A DNA stretch of 64,000 nt from Lama glama (taxonomy: Eukaryota), in contig CM052817.1 of assembly GCA_028534125.1 (NCBI GenBank), forward strand, positions 41,914,001-41,978,000. The letters run 5' to 3'. Position numbers and translations under genes: made by a program. Of the stretch, positions 1-12,850 are shown one piece after another. Under the pieces are notes generated by a model that did no database searches, was not told the DNA's origin, and saw only the letters and a list, made by a program, of their open reading frames with translations. Numbering within the stretch: the stretch's first letter is position 1; the number at the start of each line of letters is the position of its first letter.

Positions 1-1329
1 GTGGCATACAGACATTTTTCAAAAATAACCATCTATAAACTTCACAAGAGTATCTTCATTTCAGCGAAGTACTGGCATCCTTATCTAGACTACTTGTCTT
101 TACAAGTCAGATCTGCAATCCTCAGAGCATCTGCTGGCTGCCTCTACTGACACTAAGCTTTTTCAACAAAGTGTTGCCCCTAAGAAGTATCCATGACTAT
201 GCTTTCCCGTCTGCCATGACAATGTCATTGTCTTTGAACCTGCCATTTCTGCTTACGTGGCTTAAAGAGACCAATAGTCTAAAAATATGTCTTTTAGGCA
301 TTTTGATACTTTTCCAGAGATAATGATTGACTTTCTGGCCATCAATGGATCTTTAATAATAGCATTTACTTGTTTAGATAATTTATGAGCTAAAATAATA
401 TAGAGTGATTTAAAAAAATACTCCATGAACAAATGTGTATTTCATCATACTCCTTGTAAACTGAGTTAAGCTATAAATAATGAGAACAAAGCAGAACTTC
501 AGAGGTCTTCTACACATACTATAATTGAAAATTTATTTTGATTAGAATATAGTATCTTGAAAATCTAATTCTTTGAAGCAATCCATCCAGTAAACAACCA
601 GCAGAATCTTCACAATATCCACTTTAGACACTTTCATCTTTGGAGTACTACACAATCACTAAGGAAACATTAGGATACTATTTGAAGAAAGAACACAATT
701 AAAACTTTTGTATTAATTTGTTTTTAAGGAAAAATGCCCCAGTACATGAGGGAAAGAATTTATCAACTAGGTACTGCCCAGGTTCACATTAAATTGTTAC
801 AGCTGGGCATAACCATAAAAAAACTGGATGTGACTATTAGCAGATATTTGTCCAGCATAAATCAGAACACATGTTTTAGCTTTATGGCAATGGGCTGTGA
901 GCTTTTTGTCACTTGGTTCCCAAAACGTGTTAATGTTCCAGGTGTCCACTTAATTCAGTTAGTACCAATATAAAGATTTTTCAAGACGTAGTTTAACTTT
1001 ACTGAACCAAACAAGTTTATTGCACTAAAGTGATGTAGCTCTTTAAGATGTTGCAATAAGATCTACATGACCACTTAACACTAAAATATCTAGTTTGAAT
1101 TCTTTAATTAATAGGTGTGTTTACAATGCTATTATTCCTAAGAGACCAGTTTTCATAATAAATAAGTCATTACTTTATCATCCTGTGGCAAATGTTTGCT
1201 CTTTTGATCAGAAATGTGTCTTAGTCTTACCTAACAGTTGGAAAAACCAATTAACAATAGAAACATTTATTTAAAGTCTAATTTGTTTTCCCAGAGTGTT
1301 CTATAGAAGATGAAAGTATTTTACCTGCC

Positions 1330-1480
1330 TTTCTTATGCACGTTAGCATATTAAATGGCCTGAGAAATCTTGCGATAAAGAAATCAGTTTGATTTTCTTT
1401 AACTCAGCATCTCCCAAATTTATTTAACTATGTAATTCTTATATCCCTTAAAAAAAATATTAGCCTCATGCAGAGAGTAC
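1330..1480. mobile_element. Old hAT-Charlie DNA transposon relic (MER112-like)
   Basis: 'atgcacgttagcatattaaatggcctgagaaatcttgc...aactcagcatctcccaaatttatttaac' resembles the recalled MER112 consensus; ends approximate. Confidence 0.5.
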
Positions 1481-1719
1481 TTTAAAAGGCTTGGGATAGA
1501 AAAGATAACTCCAAGTTTTCTTTGTATACTTCATTTCTAATTCTTAAGTGATTTCCACATTTTTCAAATCTATATTTTTTCCCTTTAAGTCCCCATGTCT
1601 CATTCTTTCTTTTTTTAATAGAGAAAAACTTTGATAAACTGGCAACCTTAACTTCAACTTTTACATAACCCAACTCTACGCTGTAAATATTCACCAAGGT
1701 ACTATGCTTGGCATTGTAA

Positions 1720-1900
1720 AGTTGTTATACCATCCCTTAGTTTTCATTTTGGTAGACTAAATAGACCAAAGCCCTGCAATTGTTTTTCCTTATAGATCAC
1801 AATTTATACCCATCTGATCATTCTTCTGGAACCCTACCTTTTCAAAGACATGTATGATCATTTTGAATTATGATCATTGACACTAGGCATAGCAGTCTAA
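1720..1900 (-). mobile_element. Ancient CR1/L3 LINE fragment
   Basis: 'catcccttagttttcattttggtagactaaatagaccaaagccctgc...tttccttata' resembles antisense L3 ORF2; very diverged. Confidence 0.35.
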
Positions 1901-3508
1901 TTAACACAGCATATTACAAGAATCAGAAACCACCTTAAACATCAAGACTTGTCTGAAATTATTGCTGCACATTCCTTTTATAAAGTATAATTCTTTGGAA
2001 ATTCTACGTGAAATCACTGTATCAACACCCTCCACTCCCACCCCTACCCTCCAAAATACAGCTTTTTTTTGCCAAGGCAATCCACTATACCAATGTCTTT
2101 TTAAGTAAGATATTTTAAATTTTGTAAATAAATGATAATAAATCAAATGATAATAAATACATTAAGACAGGGAGTAAAACTTTCAATCTATGAAACATAC
2201 AAGGAAATAGAATCAACTCATACCCAACTACTGCATTCAGACACAAAATGATTTCACCACCGGGTGCCCGTACTTACTGGTGCTTAAAAATTAACTCAGT
2301 CCTTTTTGACACTGAATTTCCAAAACTGTTTTAATTTTTAGACTTAATATTGTTTTTCAAAATATACACAAGATTTTTTTATTTGATCAGCTTCTTACTA
2401 AAAATATTTGTACTGATAATAATTCATTAACTATTTTAATGGCTAGAGGACTATGCTCATAGAATATAAAGAATTTTTAAATTTTTATTTATATGCATTT
2501 TATTCCAGATAAATAAGATAGGGTAATAAATGAAAGGCTATCAAACACACCGAAAAACTTCATTTGAACAAAATAAAATTCTATGGGGTAAGTGGAATGG
2601 AATTAAAGTCAAGAAGAAATATTAGTGATAAATATTTTGAATTGTTATGGAACAGCTTGTCTGTTTTTAAATAGTGGACATCATCTGCTATGGCATTTAG
2701 TTCTTATTGGATACATTTTAGAAGGTGGCATACAATATACCAGTGGTAACATCCTTTATAACAATTTAAATTACAGTAAAAATATTAGCTATAAACTTTA
2801 AAAATACATGAAATACTTTTTTTTTTAAACAGTCCTTTTAGGAGTGAATGAACAATATGTCTGAAGACCACTGACTTAGGAAAGTGAGGAACTAAGTAAA
2901 TGCACTAGGGAAATGTAGGATTGCTGGAGCACTAACGGTTCAAGCAGGTTAGTCCTCATGAATTGAAAATGAGATCAGTCATTTTGCAGGGTTTTCTCCA
3001 GCCTTGTTCATGTCTGCAAGTGCAGGTGTGGAGGGAGAGGAGAGTTGGATTTAACCAGAGTTGGAGTTTAGCCAAAGCAACAATAATAAAGTGAAAAATA
3101 GAAGCGAGCTGACAATGTCTGCAAGGGAGTAATTACAATGATGGACTGTGGAATCTAAACTAAGTTGGGAGGGAAATGGGAGAATGGAGATTTAGGGGAT
3201 AGTTTTAAAAGGTGTTAGAACAATAGGCTATAGGGCTCATGAGAGTCAAAGAATAAATCTAGAGAACTAAAGAGAGAGCTGTGGAAAGGTCAGCAGCAGT
3301 GTTATGAAAATGAGATACTTGAAATGGAGACAATGAGGAGATTGCAGATATTAGTAATGCAAGATCTAGGGTCTGACAGTGGGATGAGATGGATAGAGTT
3401 GGTTGGTGTACAAGCTCACGGGATAAGAGAGTCAGGATCTGAGTGGCCAGACTGGAAGGCTTATCTCCATGCTTACTGAATCCCCAAAAGGATGATGGGC
3501 ATAGGGAC

Positions 3509-3847
3509 TGTTAAATTATGTAAACAACAGGCCACTTGATTGAGGTGACCCTAATGTCTTGGAGGCCTATATTTACAAGTAAGCAAACAAAAATCTAAGC
3601 CATAAATTCCTCAAAGTTACAAAACTGAAACCTAAGGACAACCAATTACAGACAACTAGCTAGGCTTTAAGATGTGGTTAATAATAATTTCCTTGCTTTG
3701 CTCCTGCCTTTTCTCAGTAAAAATCCTTCCCTAAGCTCCTGCTGGTGGAGCCCTCCTCACCACTTTCTGATACGGAGCTGCTTGATGAAAGTCATTCTTT
3801 GCTCAAAAACTTGAAATTTTTTGTATACTTCAGTTTACCTTTTAACA
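3509..3847 (+). mobile_element. ERV1-class solo LTR (same family as 51127-51465)
   Basis: TGTTAAA...TTTAACA inverted termini; colinear similarity to the 51127 copy (cctcaaagtt, gacaaccaat, tttgctcaaa); TSD not preserved. Confidence 0.8.
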
Positions 3848-4254
3848 GTTTGAAAAGACAAACCCAGGAGCTTAAACCGAAGTCTGCAGAAAACATCAAG
3901 AAGCAGGAGTGGTACATGGTATAGTATGAAGACATGACTTCCCAAGCTGGGAGACTGGGGAAAACAAAGGAAAATTCTCTGGAAACAGCAGCCCCAGGGG
4001 CATGAAACCATCATTCAAGAGCTTTGCAAAGGAGATAGTGTCCTTGAGGAAGAGCCAGTTGGCAGTGAAGAGAGTGATGAGAAAAGAGCTCCAGAGAACT
4101 CAGTGAAAGGGATTGGAAAGAAATGGAAGATAGAGTCAGAAAAGGAGGCACACACATGGAATGAAATTTCAGGGGATAAGGACTCCTGGAAATCCTGAGT
4201 ATCTGTACAACTGACAAACAGTGAAATAGAACATGAAATTAATCTTGATGCTAC

Positions 4255-4731
4255 CGTGGGAGAACCATGAGTTGGACCCCATCAGTTGGTATAAAGATTA
4301 TTTTAAAGTGAAAACATCTGAACTATAGAAGAGGCAGAAAGAAATTTTATCTGAACTTCACCTATCTGACCTAAAGTAGAGCCTCCCAAAAATACAGCTA
4401 CCTTTAAACCCTCCAAGGGAGTTTCCTATGAATTCAGCTGCCCTGAAGATAGATTATTCACTCCCACTGGCATCAAAAAGCCCAAAAAAGCTTTCCATAC
4501 TTTCCCATTGAAATGCTAACCCAACACCCCACCCTTGGTAAGTTTAGTATATAAACCTTTTACCTTTGGCTATTGAGTCAATAACTCATCACTGAACACC
4601 CCTCCACATACCCCATACCCATGAATTCACAAATGAACCTTCTTTTCTCCTGTTAATATATTTTCAGTTTATATGCAAGTCCTCAATCACTAGCCCAAGT
4701 TGGAAGACAATGAGTTATCATTTCACTATCA
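4255..4731 (+). mobile_element. Old ERV1 LTR (MER89/MER110-like)
   Basis: 'ggtataaagattattttaaagtgaaaacat' 5' motif, TATA-like 'tataaa' near 4550, 'cttttctcctgttaat' U5-type motif; ends approximate. Confidence 0.6.
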
Positions 4732-4967
4732 AGACAGATGGTGATGGTCAGTGGAGTTCTGAGTGTTAAGGAAAAAGAAGGAATAGGGGCAGTGGGATCT
4801 TTCTAGGAGCCAGAGATTCAAGAACTCCCTTATTACTCCTACCATTGATGCTTTAGGAGGAAGGACAGCGTTATTAGAGCACTATGTGGGTCTTGTTTTA
4901 CATAATTCATCCATTAAAAGAACAGACCACTCGGTCTCTCAGGGACTACTGTGAGTTTAGCAATCTC

Positions 4968-5435
4968 TGCCAACTAAAGATGCCGCTCGCCATCTGGCTC
5001 TACAAGGATTGAGTCATTAGCCACTGCAGTCGCTGACCTTCAACACATGCTGAAAGGAGTTCAGAGCAGAGATCAAGAATGAGCCACTCTGCTCTGGGAA
5101 AACCAGCAGAATATGCCTTCAGACAGCTAGATATTCTCAGGAGAAAATTTTGTGAACCCAATTTTGGGCATCTTCTTATACTTAGAAAACCACTAAAATC
5201 ATTGACATCTGTGCCTTGTGACTAGCAGTAACCTTCTACCAAGATGTGTGCTTGATTGCAATCACCCGTTCTCCAAAGGTACTCCTTCACATATAGGCTG
5301 ACCTAGCCCCTTACTTCTTTGGAGCAGTTCCTCAGAGCTGCTGAGAGGCTGTCTTCTAGGCTATAGTGCTCAGTAAGTCCCCAAATAAAACTGAACTCAC
5401 AGCTCTCATGTTGTGCATTTTCATTTCAGTCAACA
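4968..5435 (+). mobile_element. ERV1 solo LTR (artiodactyl-type; related to 54144-54932)
   Basis: TGCCAACTAAA...TTTCAGTCAACA termini, AATAAA near 5384, 4-bp TSD tctc/cctc (3 of 4 match). Confidence 0.8.
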
Positions 5436-7150
5436 CCTCTTTCTTTAACTGACCTCCGGGACAGCACTTCTGGTTTCCCCCCTGCCTCACTGACTCTTAT
5501 TCTCAGTCTCTTTGCTAGATCTTCCTCCTCTCCTAATGTCTGTGGGGCCAACTGACGTCCTTCAAAGTCCAGCGACCTCATTCCTGGGCTCTCAGATGAC
5601 TGCCTGCCATCCCTCAACAGATAACGTATATTCTTTACTGGGCACATTTGCCCTAAGAAACTAACAGCCCTTGGTAATGCCTAATCTCACAACAGCTCAG
5701 GCTGGCTCATTTCAGTCCACCTTATCAGAGTCATAAGACCCACCGCCCCTTCGCAGACTCTAAACTTCTTACCTCACCTACAACCAATGAGAGACTTATG
5801 CACAAGCTGATCAGGCACCTTGTGACCATATGGTATAAAAGACCCCAATAACTGGCCCTTGGTGCTCACACAGGCCCCTGTCGTCTGTGTGGCCCACTGT
5901 TGTTTATGGCAGCGTAACCTAATAAACTCTTTTACCATTCTCCTCCTTTATCTTTGGTAAATTCTTTTACTACCTAACACACTGGCCTGCCATGTACCCT
6001 AACAACATCTAAATTTTGAAGTGGTCTAGGACTCTGTCCGTGGCTGCCCTCTTTCCTTCCATCTCTCTCCCTCCAGCCCTAAATCATTCCCACTAAATTA
6101 GCTTTAAACACCAATATTCACTGATGATTTGTATTCATTTCTAAATGTACAACTCTAAGCCTGACGCTGTCTTGAGATCAAAACTCACACATCCGCAAGT
6201 GACCTAACATGTTCACTTGGATGACAGAAGCTATCTCAATTTTAACAAGTCCAAGAGATGTCCTTATTCCCTTCATGCCCCAGAACAATCATCCACTTTC
6301 TCAGACTGCCTTGTCTCCTCATCTCAGCAAATGGCACCAAAAATTTACCAAGTTTCTCAGGCCAAAAATAATTTATGTGTCTCAGCTGATTCTTCTCTTT
6401 CACTCACACTGCATATCAAATCCATCAGTATATCTAGTCCCTCTATTTCAAAAAAAAAATCTAATTGTGGAACACTTCCCCACCTCCCAGAACAAGCTCC
6501 TATCATTTCTTGCATAGGCTACTGCAGTACCCACTAACTGCTTTTTGCCTGCTTCTGTTTCCCCCCATAATCTGCCCCCTACATAATAGCCAGAGGGATT
6601 TTTAAAACTACAGTATGTTCACAACCTCTACCTGTTTTAGCTCTAAGCTAAGTGCCTCTCAAAGACCTTACATGGCCTCCAAGTCCCAGTCTACACAGGC
6701 ACCTGCATACCTCTTTAGCTTCCCTCTCCTCTCACTACCTCTGTCACCCTCTGCTCCAGCCTCACAGGCCTTCTCACTCCCCCCAACACATGCTACTCTA
6801 ATCCCCCAGTCCTCAGCCTTTGTTTCCTCTACCTGGACCCTCCTGAAAATCTGCAGGGCTGCCTCTTTCTGTTTCAAGCCTCTGATGGCTTTCCCTGAAC
6901 ATACTATATAAACTGCACCATCTCAAGTCAACCGAATCACCTTGTTCTGCTTCATTTCTTCATAGTATCAATTACCACATAAAACTGGATTTCACATTGA
7001 TTAGTTTACTTGTTTATTACCTGTCTTCCTCACTAAGATATAATCCCCATGAATAGAGGAACCATGTCTATCTTTCTCATCTCCATATCCCCAAAACCTA
7101 GAATAATAGTTTCATCACCAAATAACATTGCTGAATGAATTGAGGAATAA
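5436..7150 (+). mobile_element. L2a LINE 3' portion, interrupted by the LTR at 5541-6004
   Basis: Typical L2 text ('cttggatgacagaagctatctcaattttaacaagtcc', 'ctccagcctcacaggccttc') ending in the L2 tail 'gctgaatgaat'. Confidence 0.8.
5541..6004 (+). mobile_element. ERVL-class solo LTR (MER74/MER54-like)
   Basis: TG...CA ends, CCAAT, TATAAAA, AATAAA, 'ggtaaattcttttactacc' motif; 5-bp flanks atgtc/acatc. Confidence 0.7.
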
Positions 7151-7373
7151 ACGAGTGGTCAATTTATAAATATATTCTTTACATTCTCATTCTTTTTGTT
7201 GCTTTATATACCAAATCTCAATTCTATGGACTTACACACTCAATTTAATTATTTTTTTTTGCATCCTGTGAAGTACTTCTAACCTGACCCATTTCCTGCA
7301 TTCCATTATATGATATAAAACTATATTTAAATAGTTATCATAGTATACTGATGGTGAATGCAGGAATTTTTTT

Positions 7374-10300
7374 ACTTTTTAATTGAAATACAATAGACAT
7401 ATAACAATATATGTCAGGTGTACAGCATAATGATTCAATATTTGTATATACTGCAAAATGATCACCACAATAAGTCGTTATCATATGTCACAATGTAAAG
7501 TAACAAAATTATTCTTCTTGTGGTAAGAACTTTTAAGATTTACTCTCTTATCAGCTTTCAAATATGCAATGTAATATTATCAACTGCCATATATTGCCAC
7601 ATGCTGTATATTGTATCCTCGTGACTCTATTTTACAAGTAGACATTTGTACCTCTTGACATCCTTCATTCATTTCATCCACCCCCAAATTTCCCTCTCCT
7701 CTGGCAATCACCAATCTGTTAACTGTATCTATTAATTTTGTCTTCTTTTGTCTGTTCATTTGTTCTGTGTTTCAGATCATGTAAGCGAAATCATACCGTA
7801 TTTGTCTTTCTCTGGCTTATTTCACTTGGCATAATACTCTCAAGTCCATCCATGTTGTCACAAATGGTAAGATTTCATTCTATTTTTATGACTGAAAAGA
7901 ATTCCTCTCTCTCTCTCTCTCTATCACATCTTTATCCATTTATCCATTGATGTGCCCTTAAGATGTTTCCATATCTGGGCTATTGTAAATAATGCTGCCA
8001 TGAACATAGAGTGCTATATCTTTTGGAAATACTGTTTTTGTTTTCTTTGGATAAACATTCAGAAGTAAAATGGCTGGATCATGTGGTAGTTCTATTTTTA
8101 ATTTTTGAGGAACTTCCATGCTGTTTTCTAAAATGGCTGCACCAATTTGCATTCCTACCAACGGTGCATGAGTTTCCTTCTCTCCACATCCTCACCAGCA
8201 CTTGTCATTTCTTGTCTTTTTGATAATAACTATTCTAACTGGTGTGAGCCGATATTATAGTTTTGATTTGCATTTCCCTGATAATTAGTAAAGGGAAACA
8301 CCTTTTCATGTGCCTGTTGGCCATCAGTATGTCTTCTTTGGAAAAATGTCTATTCAGATCCTGTGACCGTATTTTTAATCAAGTTGTTTGTTTTTCTGTT
8401 GTTGAGTTGTATGAGTTTTTTTATATTGCTTAGATATTAATCCTTTGTTGGATATGTGATTTGCAAATATCATCTTCTACTCTGTACCCTTGTCTTTTCA
8501 TTTTGTTGATGGCTTCTTTTGCTGTGCAGAATTTTTATTTTTTTGTTTTTGTTTTGTTTTTTGTGTAGAACTTTTTAGTTTGATGGAGTCCTACCTGTTC
8601 ATTTTTGCTTTTGTTGCCTTTGCTTTTGGTGTCAAATACAAAAAAAAAAAAAAATCATTGCCAAGACCAATGTCTAGGAGCTTGTCATCTATATTTCCTT
8701 CTAGGAGTTTGATGGTTTCAGTTCTTATGTTCAAATCTTTTATCCATTTTGAGTTGATTTTTGTGCATAATGTAAAGTAGTAGACTAATTCCCCCCTCTT
8801 CAGGTGGCTGTCCAGTTTTCCCAGCACCACTTACTAAACAGACTATCCTTTCCCCATTCTTGGCTCTTCTGTTGGAAATTAATTGACCGTATATGTACAG
8901 GTTTATTTCGGGGCTTTCTATTCTCTTACAGTAATCTATGTGTCTGTTTTAATGCCACTGCAATTCCTCTTTGATTGCTACAGCTCTGTAAAATAGTTTG
9001 AAATCAGGAAGTGTGATGCCTCCAGCTTTGTTCTTCTTTCTCAAGATTGCTTTGGCTACTTGGGATTATTTGTGGTTCTACATACATTTTAGGTTTATCT
9101 GTTACATTTTTTTGAAAAATGCCATTGGAATTTTGGTAGGGATTGCACTGAATTTGTAGATCACTTTAGATAATAGGGAATTTTTTTTAATCCATTAGTC
9201 TGTTTTTTTTCTTTGTTTTTTAATTTTTTTAATTGGGTAATATTTTATTTTATTTTATTTTTAAACATTTTTTATTGAGTTATAGTCATTTTACAATGTT
9301 GTGTCAAATTCCAGTATAGGGCACAACTTTTCAGTTATACGTGAACATATATATATTCATTGTCACTTTTTTTTTTGCTGTGAGCTACCGATAATAGGGA
9401 AATTTTAACAACATTAATTCTTCCAATCTATAAGCACAGAGTATTTTCCCATTTTTCTGTCTTTCTCGATTTCTTTCATCAATCTGTTACATTTTTCAGT
9501 GTAAGCTACCTTCACTTGTTAATTTTTTTTTCATTTTGCTACTCTGAACTCTAGTGTATTTTTCAGTTCAGTTATTATATTCTTATTCAATTGCAGTTTC
9601 TGCTACTTTCTTGTATTTTCTATCTCTTTGCTGAAGTTCTCATCTTCATGATCAACATTTTGAGTTATTTATGAGAGAAATTATTTATCTGCATTTCATT
9701 AAGGTTTTTTCTGCAGTTTTATCTTGTTTTTTCATTTAGAATATATTCTTCTGTTTCCTCACTTGCTTGACTCTCTGTGTTTGTTTCCTGTACTGGGCAA
9801 AATAGCTCCCTCTCCCAGGTTTGAAGGAGTGGCCTTATGTAAGAGATGAATCTTATCACTCAACCTTGCCCTAGTTCTTGTTTGTCTTGTGAACCTTTGT
9901 GATTGTTTAAGGAGCATGATTTATTCTTGATAGGTCCCAGTTATTGAGGGTGTGCCAAGACCTGTCAGAGTTCCAGAGGGAGGGATCTCAGTTAGTACCT
10001 AGTTTCAGGCTGATGGGAATCCTGACTCTCAGGCAGGAGCTTTTAAAGTATACACATATATATAGTCCTGTGGGACCCCAATCATAAACCCTGCTGGCCT
10101 CCAGACCACATATTCTTGAGGTGTCCCCTTGGTGAAAGTTGCAAAAATCAGGGATCCAGACAAGTGTAAGCTCCTTTCTGGGAAGTACTGGCAAGGCCAA
10201 GTGAGTGCAAACATAGTTCTCCCTGGCCCACGTACACTGACAGCATCTCTGTAGCTTCTAGATGTGTGGTAAACCTGCAGCCTGCTCCTCAGGTTGAAGC

Positions 10301-11237
10301 TTCAGGACGAGTAAATAGGCCTTTTTTCACAAGATGACTGGGGGTGTATTTCAGTCTACTGTATGTGCAAAGCTGTGGGTGTGACAGCCTGTCAAGAATT
10401 GTCTCTCTGTTTTCAGTTCTGTGGGGTCCAGAAATGCACAAGCTGATGTCAACAGAGATAGGTGATTAATGGGTATCAGCTGTGTGGACCATGTGCCCTT
10501 TAGCAGACCAATGGGAGAGTGTAGGGCCAGTGCATGCCTGTTGGCTTTAGCAGGTCCATGGGTGAGCACAGGGCTGGGGCACACCCACAAGCTTTGGTGG
10601 GACTGCAGAGGAGTGCAGGGCCTGGGCATGCCCACTGTTGCTAACAAGGTAGATGGAGAACACAGAAATGGTGCTCACCATCACCTCTACTCCCAGAGAG
10701 CTCTAACAGGCTCCTGCACCTCCAGTAGATGTTTTAAAATTAGCAAATTAATCTCATTCACATTTGGTCGATGTGCTCTTCAAACTGTTGGTTTTCTGCG
10801 GGGTCCCAGAGGGAGTGAGTCTGTGTATGAGTCCTTTTGGAGCAAAATGTCCTTTTCCTCTAGCCCTCTGGTTCACTTAGATATAAGTCCTGTTGGTTTC
10901 CAAAGCCAGACCTTTGGGGGCTCCTCTCTCCAGTGCAGGTCCCAAGGGTTGAGGTGCTTGATGTGGGGCATGAACCCCTCCCTCATTGGACAGAAGCTCC
11001 ATATTTGTGAGATCCCTTCTGTTTGGGGGTGGGGGTATGGAATGTCTGGTGAGACAATGTCTCTGCCTCTCCTACCGTTCTCAATGCGGCCTTTAACCTT
11101 TGTTGGGAAGGAGCCATTCAGTTAGTTTTCATGCTTTTTTTCCAGAAAGAATTGTTCCAAACATAGCTGTAGATCTGGTGCATCCATGGGAGGAGATGAG
11201 TCTTCAACATCCTATGCTGCCATCTTGAACCACCCCT
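7374..11237 (-). mobile_element. L1 with both ends retained and a large internal deletion (3'UTR + ORF2 C-terminus joined to ORF1 start/5'UTR)
   Basis: 3' end at ~7374; ORF2 C-terminal peptides ('FTLCTKINSKWIKDLNIRTETIKLLEGN', 'LKIELPHDPAILLL'); abrupt switch at ~9520; 5' terminus 'ggggtggttcaagatggcagcatagg' on minus at ~11237. Confidence 0.85.
9181..9389 (-). mobile_element. Young 5'-truncated camelid-type L1 3' end nested in the older L1
   Basis: Perfect 12-bp TSD gataatagggaa (9169-9180 and 9390-9401); TT/AAAA endonuclease site on minus; near-identical to the copy at 54048-55030. Confidence 0.9.
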
Positions 11238-11352
11238 CAGAAAATTGTTTTAAAGTTGTTTGAATTTGAACATATACATTCTCCATCCCACTCAACCATG
11301 TAAAAGAAGAAAACTGAACTTGTCTTAGATTGCTTGTTTTTTAGAGATGAAC

Positions 11353-11374
11353 AGATACTAAATATTTAGTATCT
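11353..11374. repeat. Perfect 22-bp palindrome AGATACTAAATATTTAGTATCT
   Basis: Sequence equals its own reverse complement. Confidence 0.95.
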
Positions 11375-11756
11375 TTATTAACCTTAAGTTTTCAGAAACT
11401 GACTTTAAAATTTATTGTCCCATCCAGGAAATTTCCAGGTTGAATAAACATTTCCTAATTACAATCACTTTCTTATTTCCATTTAAAAAATAAGGAGAAT
11501 TATTTGTCAGGTCAGTAACGTCACTTCTCAGCTTTTTGAAAAGATTCGTAATTCAACAAGTTATAAATATATGTAAAATCATATATATCAGATAAATTAT
11601 GTACCCAAACATTATTGTTCAAATAAATATGTTTTTCTTGTACTTATTCCTCAGCATGTTCCTTTGCTTAATGAAAATGCTGATAATACAAAGTTGGAGA
11701 AACCTGAAACACGGTCACAACATGATGAAAACTTAAATTAACTAATTGTTCCATCT

Positions 11757-11995
11757 TTATTAGGCTATAATTGAATATTAATATTACATAAGTTTAAGGT
11801 GTACAACATGATTTCATATACTTAATACTGCATAGTGATTACCACTGTAGTGTTAGCTAACACCTGCATTATGTCACATAATTTTCATTTCTTTTTTGTG
11901 ATGATATTTACAATTTACTCTCACAGCAACTTTCAAGTATATAATACAAACTATAATCAGTATACTGTACCTGAGATCCCCAGAGCTTATTCATT
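11757..11995 (-). mobile_element. L1 3' end fragment (L1MA9-like)
   Basis: 'taagtttaaggtgtacaacatgattt...tttactctcacagcaactttcaagtatataataca...agatccccagagcttattca'. Confidence 0.75.
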
Positions 11996-12519
11996 AAATT
12001 TCAATTCTAATTTCAATGTATCCATTAAATTAATTTATTAAACTAAATTAAATTTCTATTTATAATTTAAATTTATTCATTAATTTCAATCTTAAAATCA
12101 TGATTTTAAATGGTCAAAATATGTGTTAAATAATAAAAATTATTTATAATAAACATTTTTAATAGTAGAAATTTTTTAATAGCAAAAAGAGTTTTAGTTT
12201 TAATGTAGTTTATAATCAACCTCTCTTTGGTAGTTCATTGAGTAAAACAAAATTTCTAATTTTTTTCAACAGGTTGTGTTCTATTTTACTCCAAAAGGGC
12301 ACAAAACATCTAAATCAAGGAGATATTCCATAAGAGGCAATCTATCTCCCTAAAAAAGTAGCACATTGCATTTTTTAAAGCATAGGATTATTTTAACCTA
12401 TTGAAAACTACAAATTTAAAATTAAACCTTACAACCGCTTGGAAAGGATTAATGATACTGGCCTCAGACTCATTTTACTGAATTTCTTTTGTAGAAATAT
12501 ATTTTTGGTTTTGGGAATT

Positions 12520-12850
12520 CACACATGCTCTGACTTCTTCCTAGAATATTCTTTACCCAGCTCCTTACCTGACTGGCCCCTACTCACCTGTCAGGTCTCA
12601 CTTTGGCTGTATCTCCCTCTCTGTGTGGGTTTTCCTGGCCCCACAGCATCTGGGTTAGGGGTCCCTCCTGTGGATTTCCAGGGCACTCTCCACATCTATT
12701 CGCGTATTTATACTTTATTGTAATGGTCTACTTGCTTGTCTCTAACCTCTAAATAATTTCAAGCTCCTTGCGGGCAGAAGCTGATTATCTTCTTTATCAA
12801 TATATCTATTGGAAAGCATAGCTTTTTTTTCATGAGTCAATGAACTGAGT
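12520..12850 (+). mobile_element. L2 3' fragment
   Basis: 'cctactcacctgtcaggtctca...aagctccttgcgggcagaagc' matches the L2 3' pattern. Confidence 0.55.

Larger units (their letters stand above)
2860..4870 (-). mobile_element. L2 LINE internal fragment, interrupted by two LTRs
   Basis: Purine-rich L2-like text ('ggatttaaccagagttggagtttagcc...gcaagggagtaattacaatgatggactgtggaatctaaac') that resumes on the far side of the LTRs at 3509 and ~4255. Confidence 0.6.

Noticed and set aside
10469..11125. 218-aa + strand ORF, the longest in the track
   Set aside because: Lies antisense within the GC-richer L1 5'UTR; no recognisable domain; consistent with a chance ORF
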